Assembly: GCF_020745735.1 (NCBI RefSeq)
Contig: NC_083433.1
Location: 2,677,363 to 2,741,362, forward strand
DNA length: 64,000 bases
Origin: Hemiscyllium ocellatum
Lineage: Eukaryota
Direction: 5' to 3'
Within the stretch, counting starts at the first letter, position 1; each line of letters begins with the position of its first letter. Below the pieces are notes generated by a model, which was given only the letters and a program-made list of their open reading frames with translations, had not been told where the DNA came from and did no database searches. Positions 1 through 13,259 of this stretch are shown one piece after another. A program made the position numbers and the translations under genes.

Positions 1-190
1 CCGGTCAGGCAGCATCCGAAGAGCAGGAGAATTGATGTTTTGGGCATAAGCCCTCCATCAGGCTCCTGATGATGGGCTTATTGCCGAAACATCGATTCTT
101 CTGCTCCTCAGATGCTGCCTGATCTGCTGCGCTTTTCCAGCACCACACTCTCGATTCTGATCTCCAGCAGCTGCAGTCCTCACTTTCCCC
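1..190 (+). mobile_element. Family A fold-back Penelope-type mini-element (cut by the window edge)
   Basis: Inverted arms centred near 62; degenerate hammerhead core CTGATGA..GAAAC at 67-91; family tail GCAGTCCTCACTTT. Confidence 0.75.
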
Positions 191-582
191 CTTTGCTAAG
201 GTAATGGCTTGATATTTTCTGTCTTCAGTTGTCAACCCTCACAGTATAAACAAAAGCTTATTAACATACCAGGAGACATATATTGATTTAAAATCATGCT
301 TCTGGAAAGACTAACCTAGCTAGTTTTTTAAACCCTTTACAAAAATAGACCAACACCCATATGCCGCTCTTAAAGAAAGGTGTTAATATCTATAAGCTAC
401 ATCCCTTTTATCACAATGCATATATTTCAGCCTTGTCTTTTGCACTGATTAGTCCCATCATTAAGAATGAGGATATTTCTAGAGCATCCAACTGTTATTA
501 GTTGTTTTAATTGTCTATCAACATTCCTGACGGGATATGGCAGGACTTACAGAGCTTAGATCTGATCTGTTAGTCCTGTCCA

Positions 583-1130
583 TCACATGCTGCTTCCATG
601 TTTGGCATGCACGTAGTCTTGTACTGTATCTTCACCAGGTTGATGTCTCATTTTTAGGTATGCCTGGCTGAGCCGCTGGCATGCCCTCCTACTCTCTTCA
701 TTGGACCAGGGTTGGTCACCCAACTTGATGATCATGGTAGAATGCGGGATATCCCAGGCCAAGAGGTTACTGATTGTAATTAAATACAGTTCAGTTACTG
801 ATTGTCCACAGCCCTTAGAGCTGCCCAGTTTTGTGTCTCTAACCTGTAGTTCTATTTGATGCCTATCCGATTTCACATTTTGTTTTAATGGAGAATGTTT
901 TCAATATGAAGTTGGGACTTCACAAGGACTCACTCCTACCAATGGTTGAATATATTTGTGACGCCTGGATTTATGAGAACAAAGTCTCTTACATTCTTCC
1001 TCCTTGTTGGTTCTCTCACCATTTGCTGTAGACCCTGTCTAGCACCAATATCCTTTCTAAGTTAGTCAGCTCAGACAGTAGTGGTGTAGCCAGGTCAGTC
1101 TTGGTGATGTATTTTGAAGTCCCCCAGCAT
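583..1130 (-). mobile_element. LINE ORF2 fragment (CR1/L2-type) in NPTXR intron 1; 3' ends of a possibly related LINE at ~10200-10540 (+), 19960-20350 (-) and 39370-39580 (-)
   Basis: IPHSTMIIKLGDQPWSNEESRRAC resembles the LINE endonuclease-RT linker (PWF..CR). The other loci share the SKSWNSLP / AAHHHLLK 3' region. Confidence 0.6.
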
Positions 1131-1861
1131 TCAAAGCTGTTTTATCACAATACCATTAATTAACCTGATGGAGGTCTAGGTATAATGGGATCCCTCTGGT
1201 CAATATTAATCGAATTTATATGACTACTTCATACTCTGTCTGGATGCTGAAGTATTTTTTTTGCTGCAGACTGTAAATATGGGAAGGAGTGTAGCTGTGG
1301 CAGTACGTATTGTAAATCAACACATTTCTGCTGCACCAACATGTCACATGTTGAAGTTTAAAGCATAAACACAAATATTTGCCTGTGCTGTCTCTCTCTG
1401 TTAATATTTACTGATTTACATATCATTCTGGCACATCCATTCTTTATTACTGGAAGCATCCACACATTTTGACATGATTCATGCACAAAGCCCTGATTTC
1501 CATATATCATAACAATCGTTATTGCCTATCTCCAATCTGCCATAGCCCCTTTGCTACTGAACCCCTTCACCCATACTTTTATTATTGCCTGACTCAACCA
1601 TTCAAATGCTGTTTAGATTGAGCACCTATTTCCAACTCTCCATAAGCTTGACTCCTCCAGCCCTTCATCTCTCCCTACCTCTGTAATCTGTTCCAACATT
1701 ACACCCCTCCCTATCCCTATAACTTTCTCCAGTTCCTACCCGCCCCCTTGTCTCTGTAACATGTCCAGCCCTTTTAGCCCTCCCAGAGCTTTGTGTTCTT
1801 TCAGTCTTTAATTGGTAGCCCAATCTTCAGCCCTTTAACTCTTGGGGGTGGCGGATTTGGG

Positions 1862-2220
1862 GGTGGTGTAGTGGGCTAGGAATCCAGTGATCTAGACTTA
1901 TGGAGTGGGGACATTAGTTCAAATCTCTCCATGGACAGTTGATGGAATTTAAATTCAATTAATAAACCTGAAACATAAGGCTAGTCTCAATGATGAAGCT
2001 ATCACCGATTGTTGGGGGGAGAAAATCTGGACCACTAATGTCATTTAGGGAAGGAAATCTGCTGACCTACGTGTGACTCCAAATCCAAAGCAATGTGTTT
2101 AACTCTTAATTGCCCTCTGAAATAGCTGAGCAAGCAATGAGTTCAAAGGCAACAAGGGTTGGGTAATAACCCCTGGCCTTTCCAGTGACATCCACATCCT
2201 GTGAAGAAATAAAGAAGAAA
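1862..2220 (+). mobile_element. Second tRNA-headed SINE family (other copies ~19050-19420 +, 42180-42535 +, 62000-62340 +, 60100-60420 -, 63000-63240 -)
   Basis: TGGTGTAGTGG...GTTCAAATC head, shared body CTAATGTCCTTTAGGGAAGGAAATCTGC...GTGACTCCA...GCAATGTGGTTGA, a LINE-like tail and an A-rich end. Confidence 0.78.
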
Positions 2221-3686
2221 CTAAACCCTTTCTTCCTCTCTATTGCTCACTCCTTTAAGGTCCAGCTAAAAGCCTACATCTTTTAATTAAATATTCAGTT
2301 ATTTGTCCTAATGTCACTTTTATTAGTTCAGTGTCAATTTTTGTCTGAAGCACCCATATGACAATATCAAAAGGACTGAATAAATGGAGGTTAATTTTGT
2401 ACAAGTAATAAAAGACCTATAGATCCCAAGGATCACCGGCAGCAACAAGATGTTGCTTTTACTCAGAGGTGAAAGATATTCATTATTTCCCAGCATCAGT
2501 AAGACAAACAGAACACTTTGTGTAACACCTCAACACTGAGCTTGGCAGCAACAGCTACAAGGAAATGAGTTGCTACACAAGTTGACCCGTCACAACTGAA
2601 AATCTACGATATATTTGACACAATGTATTCATTCTGGGTGGAATGCTGACTGTGTTCCTGAGGTGTAGAAATAAATGCTGCAGTTTCTTAATAAAATCCA
2701 GCCCTGCTTTGTGTCCAGAAAGGAATGTTCAAAACTGAGAGTTTGGAAATGAAAGTGTTGGCAATATTCATGGTGGAGCTCTTCACCATAAACATTTGCC
2801 TCCACAATGACTCTCAGAGGGTTATTCCACCATTGAGAGAGGGACCTTCTAGCCAGACCTCCTCCTGTTCTCAGCTAATGCCCATACACGTCCACTTCAA
2901 GCAGAGCTCACTGGATAATGAGGAAGAAATCAATGTGAAAGGGTCTGGCCAAAGGCAAGGTGATGGGTGTAAGTGCAGAGTTCTCTGACAGAGCCTGAAA
3001 AAGCACCTTGGGGTGGGGGTGGGTGGGGGGAATGGCCCATTGCAATGCTATGGAGACCTATGCCTGGCAGCAGAATATTGGTTGATTTCCCATTCCTAGC
3101 CCAAGATGCCAAGGCTAATCCCAATATCTGACTGCAACCAGGGTCGGCCCCAAGATCCAGGCCAAAGCCGCCTTGTGCTGTGTGTGTGCTACAATAGTTC
3201 AATTCACTCTAGTCGGGAATATTCCGCAGACACAAAGGGAAGGGGGCAGAATGGAAACTGGTATGAACGGTAATACGCTGATAGCAAAGGAAAGATTAAA
3301 TATGAATGTAAAGTCACGAGTGGATTTCAAGGCTTTCTGTTGGCTCACTCCTGGTAACACGTTCCACTTTTAACCGGCCGGTTATAATACCGGCCATCAG
3401 TTCATTCTAGTCAAAAGATATCTGTTAACTGAGGGGACAGGGCCTCTGACGCCTCACAGTGCCACCTCGGGTTCATCCAACAGGTTCCTAACCTAGTTCT
3501 TACAATTTGGAGGAAGGGGCATTTCAATGATAATTAAAATACAAAATCTATAACTGTGGACTTTTATTACATCTTTGCAACAAATCGCCTTTTATTGGTG
3601 AACGCACTTTGAGCAACATTGACAAATGTGTATTGCTTGTCATTCCGAAGACAAACTGTTGCTGTTCACAGTAAGATATAATTTAC

Positions 3687-4328
3687 CTCCAGCTTTTCAA
3701 TGTTGTTCTTTAAGGAGTAGACAGAGTGTTCCAGATCCTGCACCGTCCGCTCAGAATCCTCACTGCCATCTTCCAAGCTGTTCCGTGCGGCGTCCCACGC
3801 ATATTCCTCGGGGTTATTTTGGAATGAGTCCAATTCCTGGCCGCTCTCGCACCGGCTGAGTTTGCCGGTCAGTTCCCTGATGGTCTCCTGGTCATTGAGA
3901 ATCTGCTGCTCCTGTTGAATGACCATCTGGCGCAGATGGTCCGCTGTGCTCCTCAACAGCAGGAGGTCTTCCCTGATCGATGGAGAAGGGCAGTCCTGGG
4001 CTAAGGGCAGGCAGAGGAAGCGGCTGGTGGTGCCTATGTCTGAATCCGCGCCCAGGACGGACCCTTGACCGAGCTCGGAGCCCAGGGAGCCTTTGCCGGT
4101 CTCGGCTTGGAAAACAGTGGCTTTGCTCGCCGCGGTGGGACGGGGGCGATCCACTTCAGGACCATGGACAGCTCCGGCGCCTCCTTCAGTGGCGTCTGAG
4201 GCTCCCTCTTCATCCCCAGCACCGGGGACAGCTCCCGGGGAACCCGGGGCGATGCTTGCAATGATGCAAATAATTGCACCGACAAAAGCAAGCATCCCTG
4301 CCCCGAGCAGGATGGTTAGATACTTCAG
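3687..4328 (-). CDS. NPTXR: Neuronal pentraxin receptor, coding exon 1 (remaining exons lie left of the window)
   Basis: The translation (L/M)KYLTILLGAGMLAFVGAIICIIAS...SRFLCLPLAQDCP...REDLLLLRSTADHLRQ...DQETIRELTGKLSRCESG...LKNNIEKLE matches the NPTXR signal anchor and coiled coil. The exon ends at a phase-0 donor GAG|gtaaat (3687/3686). The start is placed at CTG 4328-4326 by homology. It is adjacent to CBX6, as in human. Confidence 0.93.
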
Positions 4329-4889
4329 GGTGACGGAGTTTATCAAACAAAACAGGGGGAAAGAATCGGTCAGCAGAGGAGAGGGAGAAAGGTGCGGCTT
4401 GAGGGGAGCTCTGAGGCAGAGATGAAACACTGACAGAGACAAGAAATGGTATGGCATTCCCTGGGAATCAGATGTCAATCACAGCGCACGTAGACGTCAT
4501 CGATTCCCCCAAGAGCGTCCCACATTCTTAAAAGGGAATTTTAAAAGCGCCTGCTTAAACGGGCAACACCCCTCCCACCCAATCAGTTGATGGATCTACA
4601 CTGTTTCAGCAAAAGCAATTGAAATGTAACTCTAAACAGCCCCTCATTTCCAAGACTGTTTCAACTGCTCTGAAGAGGAAACGTGTAAGATGTTGAAGGA
4701 TTTGATAGGATGGATACCAGAAGAATGTTTCCTCATTTTGAGATGATTGGAATTAGGGTACACACTGAATTAATGAGGTCTCCCTTTTCAGGTAGAGATA
4801 AGACTTTTATCCCCTCTCTCTGGGCTCGTTAGTCTGTGGAATTCTCTTTCCCATAGAGCAATGGAATCTAGGTCATTGAATTTATTGAG

Positions 4890-5105
4890 GTGCCAGTATT
4901 GGACTGGGGTGGACAAAGTTAAAAATCACACAACACCAGGCTATAGTCCAACAGGTTTATTTGGAAGCACTAGCTTTCGGAGCGCTGCTCCTTCATTGGG
5001 TAGCTAGAACGTGTGGTAGCTACACGACTAAAGAGCAGCCCCCGAAAAGCTTGTACCTCCAAATAAACCTGTTGGACTATAACCTGGTGTTGTGTGATTT
5101 TTAAC
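4890..5105 (-). mobile_element. Family B fold-back Penelope-type mini-element
   Basis: Inverted arms GTTAAAAATCACACAACACCAGG... / ...CCTGGTGTTGTGTGATTTTTAAC plus a short unpaired tail. The minus strand reads ATGA a ggagc-agc-gctcc GAA AGCT A gtg (degenerate hammerhead). A second partial copy lies at 5520-5590. Confidence 0.7.
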
Positions 5106-6759
5106 ACTGAATTTGTTCAAAGCTGAATCAGCTATAATCAAGGGAGTGGTGGTCAGAAAAGTGGAGTTGAAACCTTAATCAGACCATCCATGATCTTACT
5201 GAATGCTGAATCCAATCCCAAGTCCCGTGTTCCTAAATGTTTGAAGGAGCATAAACATGAGGCGCAGCACTGGACTGCAGCAGTTTCTCATCTTCTCAAT
5301 TTAGGGTGGGTAATAAATGCTGGCTCATATTACCCGAATTAATTTTAAAACAAGGGAGAAAGGAACAGAAGGATTTGTCAATTTGGTGAGATGACTGTGT
5401 AGCAAAAACCCTGATGCAGGGCATTTGGTTGAATGACCTGTTCATGTGTATGACCTCCATGTAATTCTATGATGGCCAAGGGGTGGAGGTGCAGGTTGAT
5501 AAGGCCAGAAGTCAGACTTCACCTGATGAAGGAGCAGCACTTTAAAAGCTTGTGATTTCAAATTAACCTGTTGGACTATAATCTCACCTGGTCCTATGAT
5601 GGAAACCCTTGTGTTTCTCACATTTACTGCATAAATGCACACACATGCAAATAGAGACAATCATTCAAACATACACTAACACATTCACACACACAGACAC
5701 ACACATATCTTCATACACGGAGTCACACACACTCAAACAGGCAAAAACACATACACACATGTTCATGCAAACACATGTTCTCACACAACAAATTGTGCTT
5801 TTGTAAAATTAAGGAAAATACCCAAAGGTTCTGTTTCATTTGATGTGGGTTTAATATTTATAATTTGCTATGGTCCTTCATTGATAATTCAACCTGGAAG
5901 ATAAAATTGAGGCTGAGAAATAAAACACTCAACAAATAATACAGGAATGTCAAAGTGCTGTTTCACTCAGTTCAGTTATTTGCATAGCATAGACTCGGGG
6001 TGAAGATGCTAAGAATAGAGCGGGTGGGAGTGAAGACATGCGTCTATCTTTGTTGGTCCCCATGCAACCCAGTTTCTGGCTAATTGGGACTCCAAGGTTG
6101 TACAATATGCCAGTTCCCTCAATCACTGCCAACCATTTCTAAACAGATGAAAATTAATAATAGAAGTGTAATGGAGATGGGGTTTTGGGACTTTTTTTGA
6201 GAATCCATAGACATGTAGCTGGCAGGAGAAACCTTTGTTCAAATGTGGTCTTAACACCGTGGTCTCACTGATGGATAAATCTTCAAATCAGAAATCCCAA
6301 ATCTGTGTCACAACAATTTGGAATGTGTACGCTCAATCAAATACAGAGTTGGGTCATTACAGTTTACTTCAGTGGATTGAAAGTAGATAGGAAAAAGGAT
6401 CATAAGAAATAGGAGCAGGAGGAAGTCAATCAACCTTTTGAACCTGCTCCATCATTCAATGCGACAATTAGCTGATAAGTCTCCTCCTGTAGGATTTTCA
6501 TGCACTATCCCCATATTCCTGATGTTTTTAATGTACAGAAACATATCAATCTCAATCTTAAACAAACTCAAAGCAATGAGAGTGGATCACTTACGAGAAC
6601 AAGCAAAACAGGCTAATGCATTTTGTTGAATTGCATAAGTCAGATCCATCTCTAACCACAGAATTTATCAGAATGCCTGCAGTGTGTTCTCCAGTTAACC
6701 ACATTCGTGGTATTAGCACAGATCAAGACTCCACCAAGGCACTTTTCAAACAGACCTAG

Positions 6760-7380
6760 TACTCGCCTTTATTAATCAAGGCATAACTCTAAAAAGCATG
6801 GTGTCTACGCTGGAATTGTACAAAACTTTGGTTAGACGACAGTCAGTGTTGTGTACGTTTCTGCAATTCACATTATAGGAGGATGTGATCATACTGGAAA
6901 GAGTGCAGAAGAGATTGACCAGATTGTTGCCTGGGCTGGAGAGCTTCAGTTATATAGAGAGATTGGATAGACTAGCACTGTTTTCTATTGAGCAGAGGAA
7001 ACTGACAGTGGGATTGGTTGGGATGTAGAAAATTGAAGGGCATATATAGGAAGGATTTTTTTTCCCCTGAGTGGAGAGCTCAGTGACTGAGGGTATTGAC
7101 TTAAGGTAAGGGACATAAGTTTAAAGGGGATGTGAGGGCATTTTTTTTTCATCCAGAGGTTGGTGGGAATCTGGAACTCACTGCATGTAAGGTTGGTACA
7201 AGGAAAATCCCTCATAACATCTGAGAGGTATTGAGTTGCATACTTGAGATGACAAGACATACAAGGCTATAGGCCTAATGCTGGAAAATGGGATTAGAAT
7301 AGTCAGGTGGTTGTTCATGCCTGGTGCAGACTCAATGGGCCAAAGGGCCTTTTCTCTGTGCTGTGGATCGCTATGGCTTC
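6760..7380 (+). mobile_element. CR1 LINE 3' fragment
   Basis: Decayed RT C-terminus and 3'UTR similar to the 46545 element. Confidence 0.75.
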
Positions 7381-7769
7381 AGGAATGGCCTAGCAAGCCA
7401 ATTTGTTGAAGAGCAATTATGGAGGACCAGCAAATGCTGACATTGCCAGTGATGCCCATATCCCATGAAAGAAAACTCTCTGTAGCCACTCCATTAGTCC
7501 ACTTACTGATGTATTAAACATGACAGTAATGATACATCTCAGCCACAATATTTCTGAGTTTGTAAATAATCCCACTAACATGAGTTTAAGAAGGGCCTGC
7601 TGAATTTCTCCAACAATTCCTGTTTTTGTTTCAGTTTAACTGACTAGCTTTAAGAATCAAACATCATTGTGAAAATTATCAATGAACTACATTTGCAGAA
7701 ATGTGAGTTGAATAAACATGAGAAAAGGAATAGCAAGCCTGTGGAGGAAGAGAAGGGGCAATATGTTTA

Positions 7770-8310
7770 ATAGATATAAGTACAAGGGTAGGCCATTTGG
7801 CCCTATGAGCCTGCCCCACCATTCAATATGATCAGGGCTGATTATGCAATCTCAGTATCTCATTCTCTCCACAGCCCCGATCCCTTTAGTCAAAAGGGCC
7901 ACGCCCAGATCCCTCTTGAATATACCTAATGAACTGGGAGAGAATTCTTCACTCTCTGAATGAAGAAATTCTTCCTCATCTCAGTCCTGAATACCCTATC
8001 CCTTACTCTTGGACTGTGACCCCTAGTTCTGGAATTCCCCAACATCAGAAACATTCTTACCCACATCTAGCTTGTTCAGTCCCATCAGGATTTTAGATAT
8101 TTCAATGAGATTCTGCCCTCATTCTTCTAATTTCCAGTCAGTAGAAGCTCAGTGGATTCGGTCTTTCCTCATATGTCAGTCCTGCCATATCGGGAATCAG
8201 TCCGGTGAACCTTAGACTCCCTCAGTAACAAGAATGTCCTTCCTCAGACTAGGAGACCAAACCTGCACACAATATTCAAGCTGTGACCTCACCAAGGCAC
8301 TGCAGCAGGG
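7770..8310 (-). mobile_element. CR1 LINE 3' fragment
   Basis: ALVRSQLEYCVQVWSPSLRKDI on minus, plus a CR1 3' tail. Confidence 0.8.
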
Positions 8311-11300
8311 CAGCCACACAAAGTACAGCAGTGCATGTTTCTGAGGTAGTAATGTATTTGTGCTACACGGGACACAAAGCAAATTAAAATCTGAATTAAT
8401 ATGTGAGGAGATATGCACAAAAGCTTATGTAGTCTTGGCAGATAAACTATTGGAGTATTACAGAGCAGCTTACACGGTAAATAAAGTCAAGGAGCCGAGC
8501 AATTTGAGGGACAACGACATGGACTTCCTGAGACTTCAGTGTATGACTGAGGAAGTTTCAGGGAATTGATTACAACAAAGAAACGATAGCTCACTAAAGA
8601 AGGTGAAGGGACCACCGTCTTGAAACCTCTATTTCAGATTTACAACAAACTTGGATTTCTATAGCACCTTTTTGGCTGCACAGTCACAGTTATAATGTAA
8701 GAAACACTAAAGCCAAATTCTGCACAAAGAAATCTTCCATAAAAAGAAATGAAATGATAACTAAATTATCTTTATTCTGTGGTGCTAGTGTTTGAGGCAC
8801 AAATATTGGCGAGGTCACCACGGATAGGTCCCATGCTCTTCTTTGAAATGTTTTGGGATAGTTTACATCTACCTGATAGAGCAGAGAGGGTCTGGGTTAA
8901 ACATCACCTCTGACAGACATCACCTCTGACTGTGTAGCATTCTATCACTATTGCACTGAAATGGCAGCTTAGATTTTGGACTCAAATGTCTGCAGGTTTG
9001 AATGCATAAACTTCCAACTCAGAGGCTGGGGTGTTGCCTACTGAAGCATGGTTGACAGCAAACTATTGCAGGGAAGTGCCTGTACAAATTGTACCAATCT
9101 TCCTGCTCTCCTGCCTGGCTCGTTCTCTGTGTGCTGTGCTGGCAGGCTGCCAGAGCTGACTGTCTTATTAATGAGACATCAGGTCAGCAACCTGAGACTC
9201 CAGCCAACAAATGGGTGCTTCCTGACCCAGAGCAGAGTCAGACACCTCTGCATGCTTCTTGTGTTTGAAAACAGATGGCAGCTGTCAGGGAGCGCAGTAC
9301 AGAGGCAGATATCAATATCAGTGCAAACTCTACAGCCTTTTGTGTGGCTATAGTTGGTACAGGCCATTGGAAATTATGCGAAGTCTGCAGAAAAGTAGGA
9401 TATGCTGGTGATTCCAACTCTCCTTCCAATCTGTGTCACGATTAGATCTGACATGGAATTATATGATAGAGCTTTTACCTCTCACATAGCTTACTTCATC
9501 TCACCTGAGCATCACTTGGGCAGGTGTAGGCGTGGGACTAGTTTAGTTTGGGATTACGTTTGGATGGACTAGTTGGACCAAAGGGTCTGTATCCTTGCTG
9601 TATGACTCTATGACTCTGTCTTTCACTTTTATGTGATTATTCAGCTTCCTTTAAATGCACCAATGTCATTAACCTCAAACACTTCATGGGATTGCATGTT
9701 CTGCATTTGGTCTATTCTCCAAGAAAGTTTCACCTGAATTCTCTACTGGAATTATTAGTGACTATTTTATATTTATGATCTCGAGCTTTGATCTGCTCTA
9801 TAAGTTGAATTTTTTTCTCTATATCCAGCCTACTGAACCCTTTTATAAGTTTAAAAACCTTCAACCTCTCTTCTCTGGAGAAAAGAGTACCAATCTTTCA
9901 GTGGTTATTTCCAGTCACAACCAATCAGGTCTGACATCCTTGTGATTTTTCTGCATCTTTTCCAATGTCTAAGTATGCTTTTTTGAACATGAAGTCTGCA
10001 ACTATTCAGTTCTCTGAGTCCTGCTCCAACTTCCCTCTCCCTATAAGATCTCCCAGTACAAGACCTAAAAGATCCTGGGAACACATCCCAACCACATAAA
10101 GAAAGCTGACTCACCTGAAAAGGAACCTCCAATCTCACTCATAAACATTGATAACATCTTGTCCATCAAATTAAACTTTAATATCCACTCCTCCAAAATT
10201 GAAATTTGGTAATGTGTGTACTATCTACAAGATGCACTGCAGCAACTCACAAAGACTCCTTTAACAGTCACATCTTATTACATAACTTTCACACCTAGAA
10301 GGACAAGGGCAGCTAACATATGTCAACACTATAACTTCCAAATAGACTGTAAGCTATCCACCATCCAACTTGGAAGTACAATTTTGTTGCTTCATTATCA
10401 TTGGGTCAAAAAATTGTACTTTCTCCCCAACAGTACAATGAATCCACAGCAAATGGAATGCAGTGGTTCAAGAAGACAGCTCACCATCACCTTCTCAGGA
10501 GTAACCAGAGATGGGCAATAAACATTGGCTTAACCAAAAAAATTGCCTCTAATGCACTCAGCCACTTCGATATTGAGTGTACGGTGATTGGTGTCGGTAC
10601 ACTGGTCACAGCATTGATTTCTGGATTGCAGGGACCTCAGAGACCCACACATCCAAAAAGAAAATTTGAGGGAATGCTGCTGATCAACACATGTTAATGT
10701 GGGACAGCTGTTGGGTATGGGAGTTTGCATATTGAGAAGAAGAGTTAAAAATGGAAGAAAGGAGGTTTAAAAAGTTTCTGCTTATGCTTGCAAGAGATCA
10801 AAATACATAGTTATAAATACACTCTAAGTGTAAATATGTTTCATCTGTCATTACCAGTTCTGGACATTTAGTTTGTAAATAGAATAGAAAGAGGAAGCTC
10901 CACCTTTATTGGCATGAGAGTTGGCTTTTGAAAAGGGGAAACCTTCCTCCTGTCTCACTGGTTGCATTATGAAACAGTAGAAGTATAACATGTTTTAAAA
11001 GTGAAAAGTCAAAGTCCGCAGATTGAGACTTTGACAACTCAGTTTGTAACTTCAAATGTGGGTGTCAATGGCGAGGGCAACATTTATTGCCCCTCACTGA
11101 TCCCTCCCGGGAAGACAGCGGGGAAGCTTGTTCTTGAATCATAGAATCATAGATCCCTACAGAGTGGAAGCAGGCCATTTGACCCATTGAGTTCACTCAG
11201 AAGAGCATCCTTCCCATATCTATCCCCCTACCCTATCTCTGTAATCCTGTATTCCCCATGGCTAACCCACCTAGCCTGCACATCCCTGGACACTATGGGC

Positions 11301-12945
11301 AATTCAGCATGGCCAATCCACCCTAACCTGCACATCTTTGGATTGTGGGAGGAAACTGGAACACCCAGAGGAAACCCACGCAGACACAGAGAGAATGTGC
11401 AAACTCCACACATCATTGCAGAAATAGGTGGAGAAATGATTTCACTGTTAGGAAGGTGTTACAGGACTTGGATACTGTTGTCCTGATGTCAGTCCAGGTA
11501 AAGACAATGGGGTTCTTCAACTCCCAGGACAACACTGAGGGAGTGTTGCACTGCCAAAGGCACTGCTTTTCATGGAGATGCTAGATTGACGACCCATCTG
11601 CCCCCGCAGGTGGATGTATGATATCCCATGGCCACTATTGAAAGAATAGTAGAGTATCTCACACATTTCCCTGGATCCCAGCAAGGCAAATGTTATGCCA
11701 TCTTGGTGAGCATGAATTGGATTTTGAAATTAATTTGTGGCACTTTGGAATGTTCACATTTCACCCTCTTGCTTATCCAGTTCTGCCTTAAAAATATTCC
11801 AATACTGTTTCCACTGCCCTTTGGCAACAGACGTCAAAAGGCTCACAACTGTCTGTGGGGAAAGAAATCTCACCTCCATCTCCTATAGACTAATCCTTGT
11901 TCTTAAATAGAGACCCCTAGCTCGAGATTCTCCTACAAGAAGAAGCATTTTCTCCATATCCACCCTGTTAAGACCCTCAGGATTTTAAATATTTTGATCA
12001 ATCATCGAAACGCCAGCAGTAATAGCCTGGCCTGAACAATCTTTCCTAATAAGACAATACCGAGATCTGTTTCCAGCATTTTACACCCTCCCTTAAATAA
12101 GGAGACCAGCACTGTACATGTATACCAGATGTGGTCCCATCAGTGCCCTATATAACTGAAGCATAATGTCCTCACCTCTGGATTCAGTTCTCCTCATGAT
12201 AAATGGGGTGGCATGGTGGCTCAGTGTATAGCATTGCCCCCTCACAGCACCAGTGACCCAGGTTTGATTCCACCCTCGGGCGACTGTCTTTGTGGAGTTT
12301 GTACATTCTCCCTTGTGTCTGCGTGAGCTTCTTTTAGGTGCTCCAGTTTCCTCCCACAATCCAAAGACGTGCAGGTTAGGTGGATTTGACCATGGGAAAT
12401 GCAGGGTTACAGGAACAGGGTAGTTGGGGGAGGGGGTGGTGGAGGTGAGTCTGGCTAGGATACTCTTCAGGGAGTTGGTGTGAACTCATTGGGTCAAATG
12501 TCCTGATTTCACACTATAGGGATTCTATGATCATTTGTAAAAAAAAAAATGAGGACCAGCATTGATCCTGCTAGAAAATTACTCACTATATCTTGCCAAC
12601 CAGAAAGGACCCATTTATGCCGACTCTCTGCTTACTGTTAGCTAGACAATCTCCCTCCCATACCAGTATATTCCTTTTATTTTCATTTATTGAAAGATAG
12701 TCGCAGTAGTGATGACTGTAAAACTGTCAATATTGTTGATAAATATAGTTCCCTAATTCCCTTTAGGGGGGAAAGTCTGTCATCCTCAACTGGTCCGGCC
12801 TACAGCTGACTCCAGTCTGACAGCCTCACATGACAGAATCATATCGAGGCCTTCAGCCCATCAAGTCTGCACCAACTCCAATGAAAGATTTAGGAAACAT
12901 TAGCTTTTATTTGCCCTGTTCAGCCTCACTATAATAAACTTCTCC

Positions 12946-13001
12946 AAATGAAACACGTCAGAGTGAAACTACAAGCGTTTGCTTGCAGAACTTCCTCATT
13001 T
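12946..13001 (+). promoter_or_regulatory. Candidate myeloid/interferon-type proximal promoter of the TLR
   Basis: AAATGAAAC (12946) and GAGTGAAACT (12961) are IRF-like. ACGTCA (12955) is a CRE half-site. ACTTCCTCATTT (12990-13001) reads AAATGAGGAAGT on minus, a PU.1 consensus. The cluster lies about 260-310 bp upstream of the ATG. Confidence 0.5.
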
Positions 13002-13259
13002 AACTCTGAATATTGATTACACCAGGCGACCAGCCACATTCAGCAGTGCAGAGCACGCGAACTCAATCATAAATCTCCACAGGAAAGCAAAGTTAGAACT
13101 CTCAAACTCTAATAATTGTTCAAACCCTTGCTGTTACTCTGAACAAGTCAATATTGTGAAATGTCAAACCTGTAATGTACTGCGTTGAATCGAGGATTGA
13201 CCTAAAGAATCCAAGAGGAACTGAAGTGATTGAAGACTCTGAAAGCAGTGATTAGAATA

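Noticed and set aside
3371-3384. Perfect 14-bp palindrome TAACCGGCCGGTTA in NPTXR intron 1
   Set aside because: A palindrome of this length is expected by chance in 64 kb, and there is no other support.
4329-4478. 50-aa N-terminal extension of NPTXR given by the ORF track
   Set aside because: It starts at TTG and has no similarity to NPTXR. Homology begins at CTG 4328. The ATG at 4457 is kept only as a caveat.
13230-13259. TTG start for the TLR
   Set aside because: The ATG at 13260 has good context and directly precedes the signal peptide.
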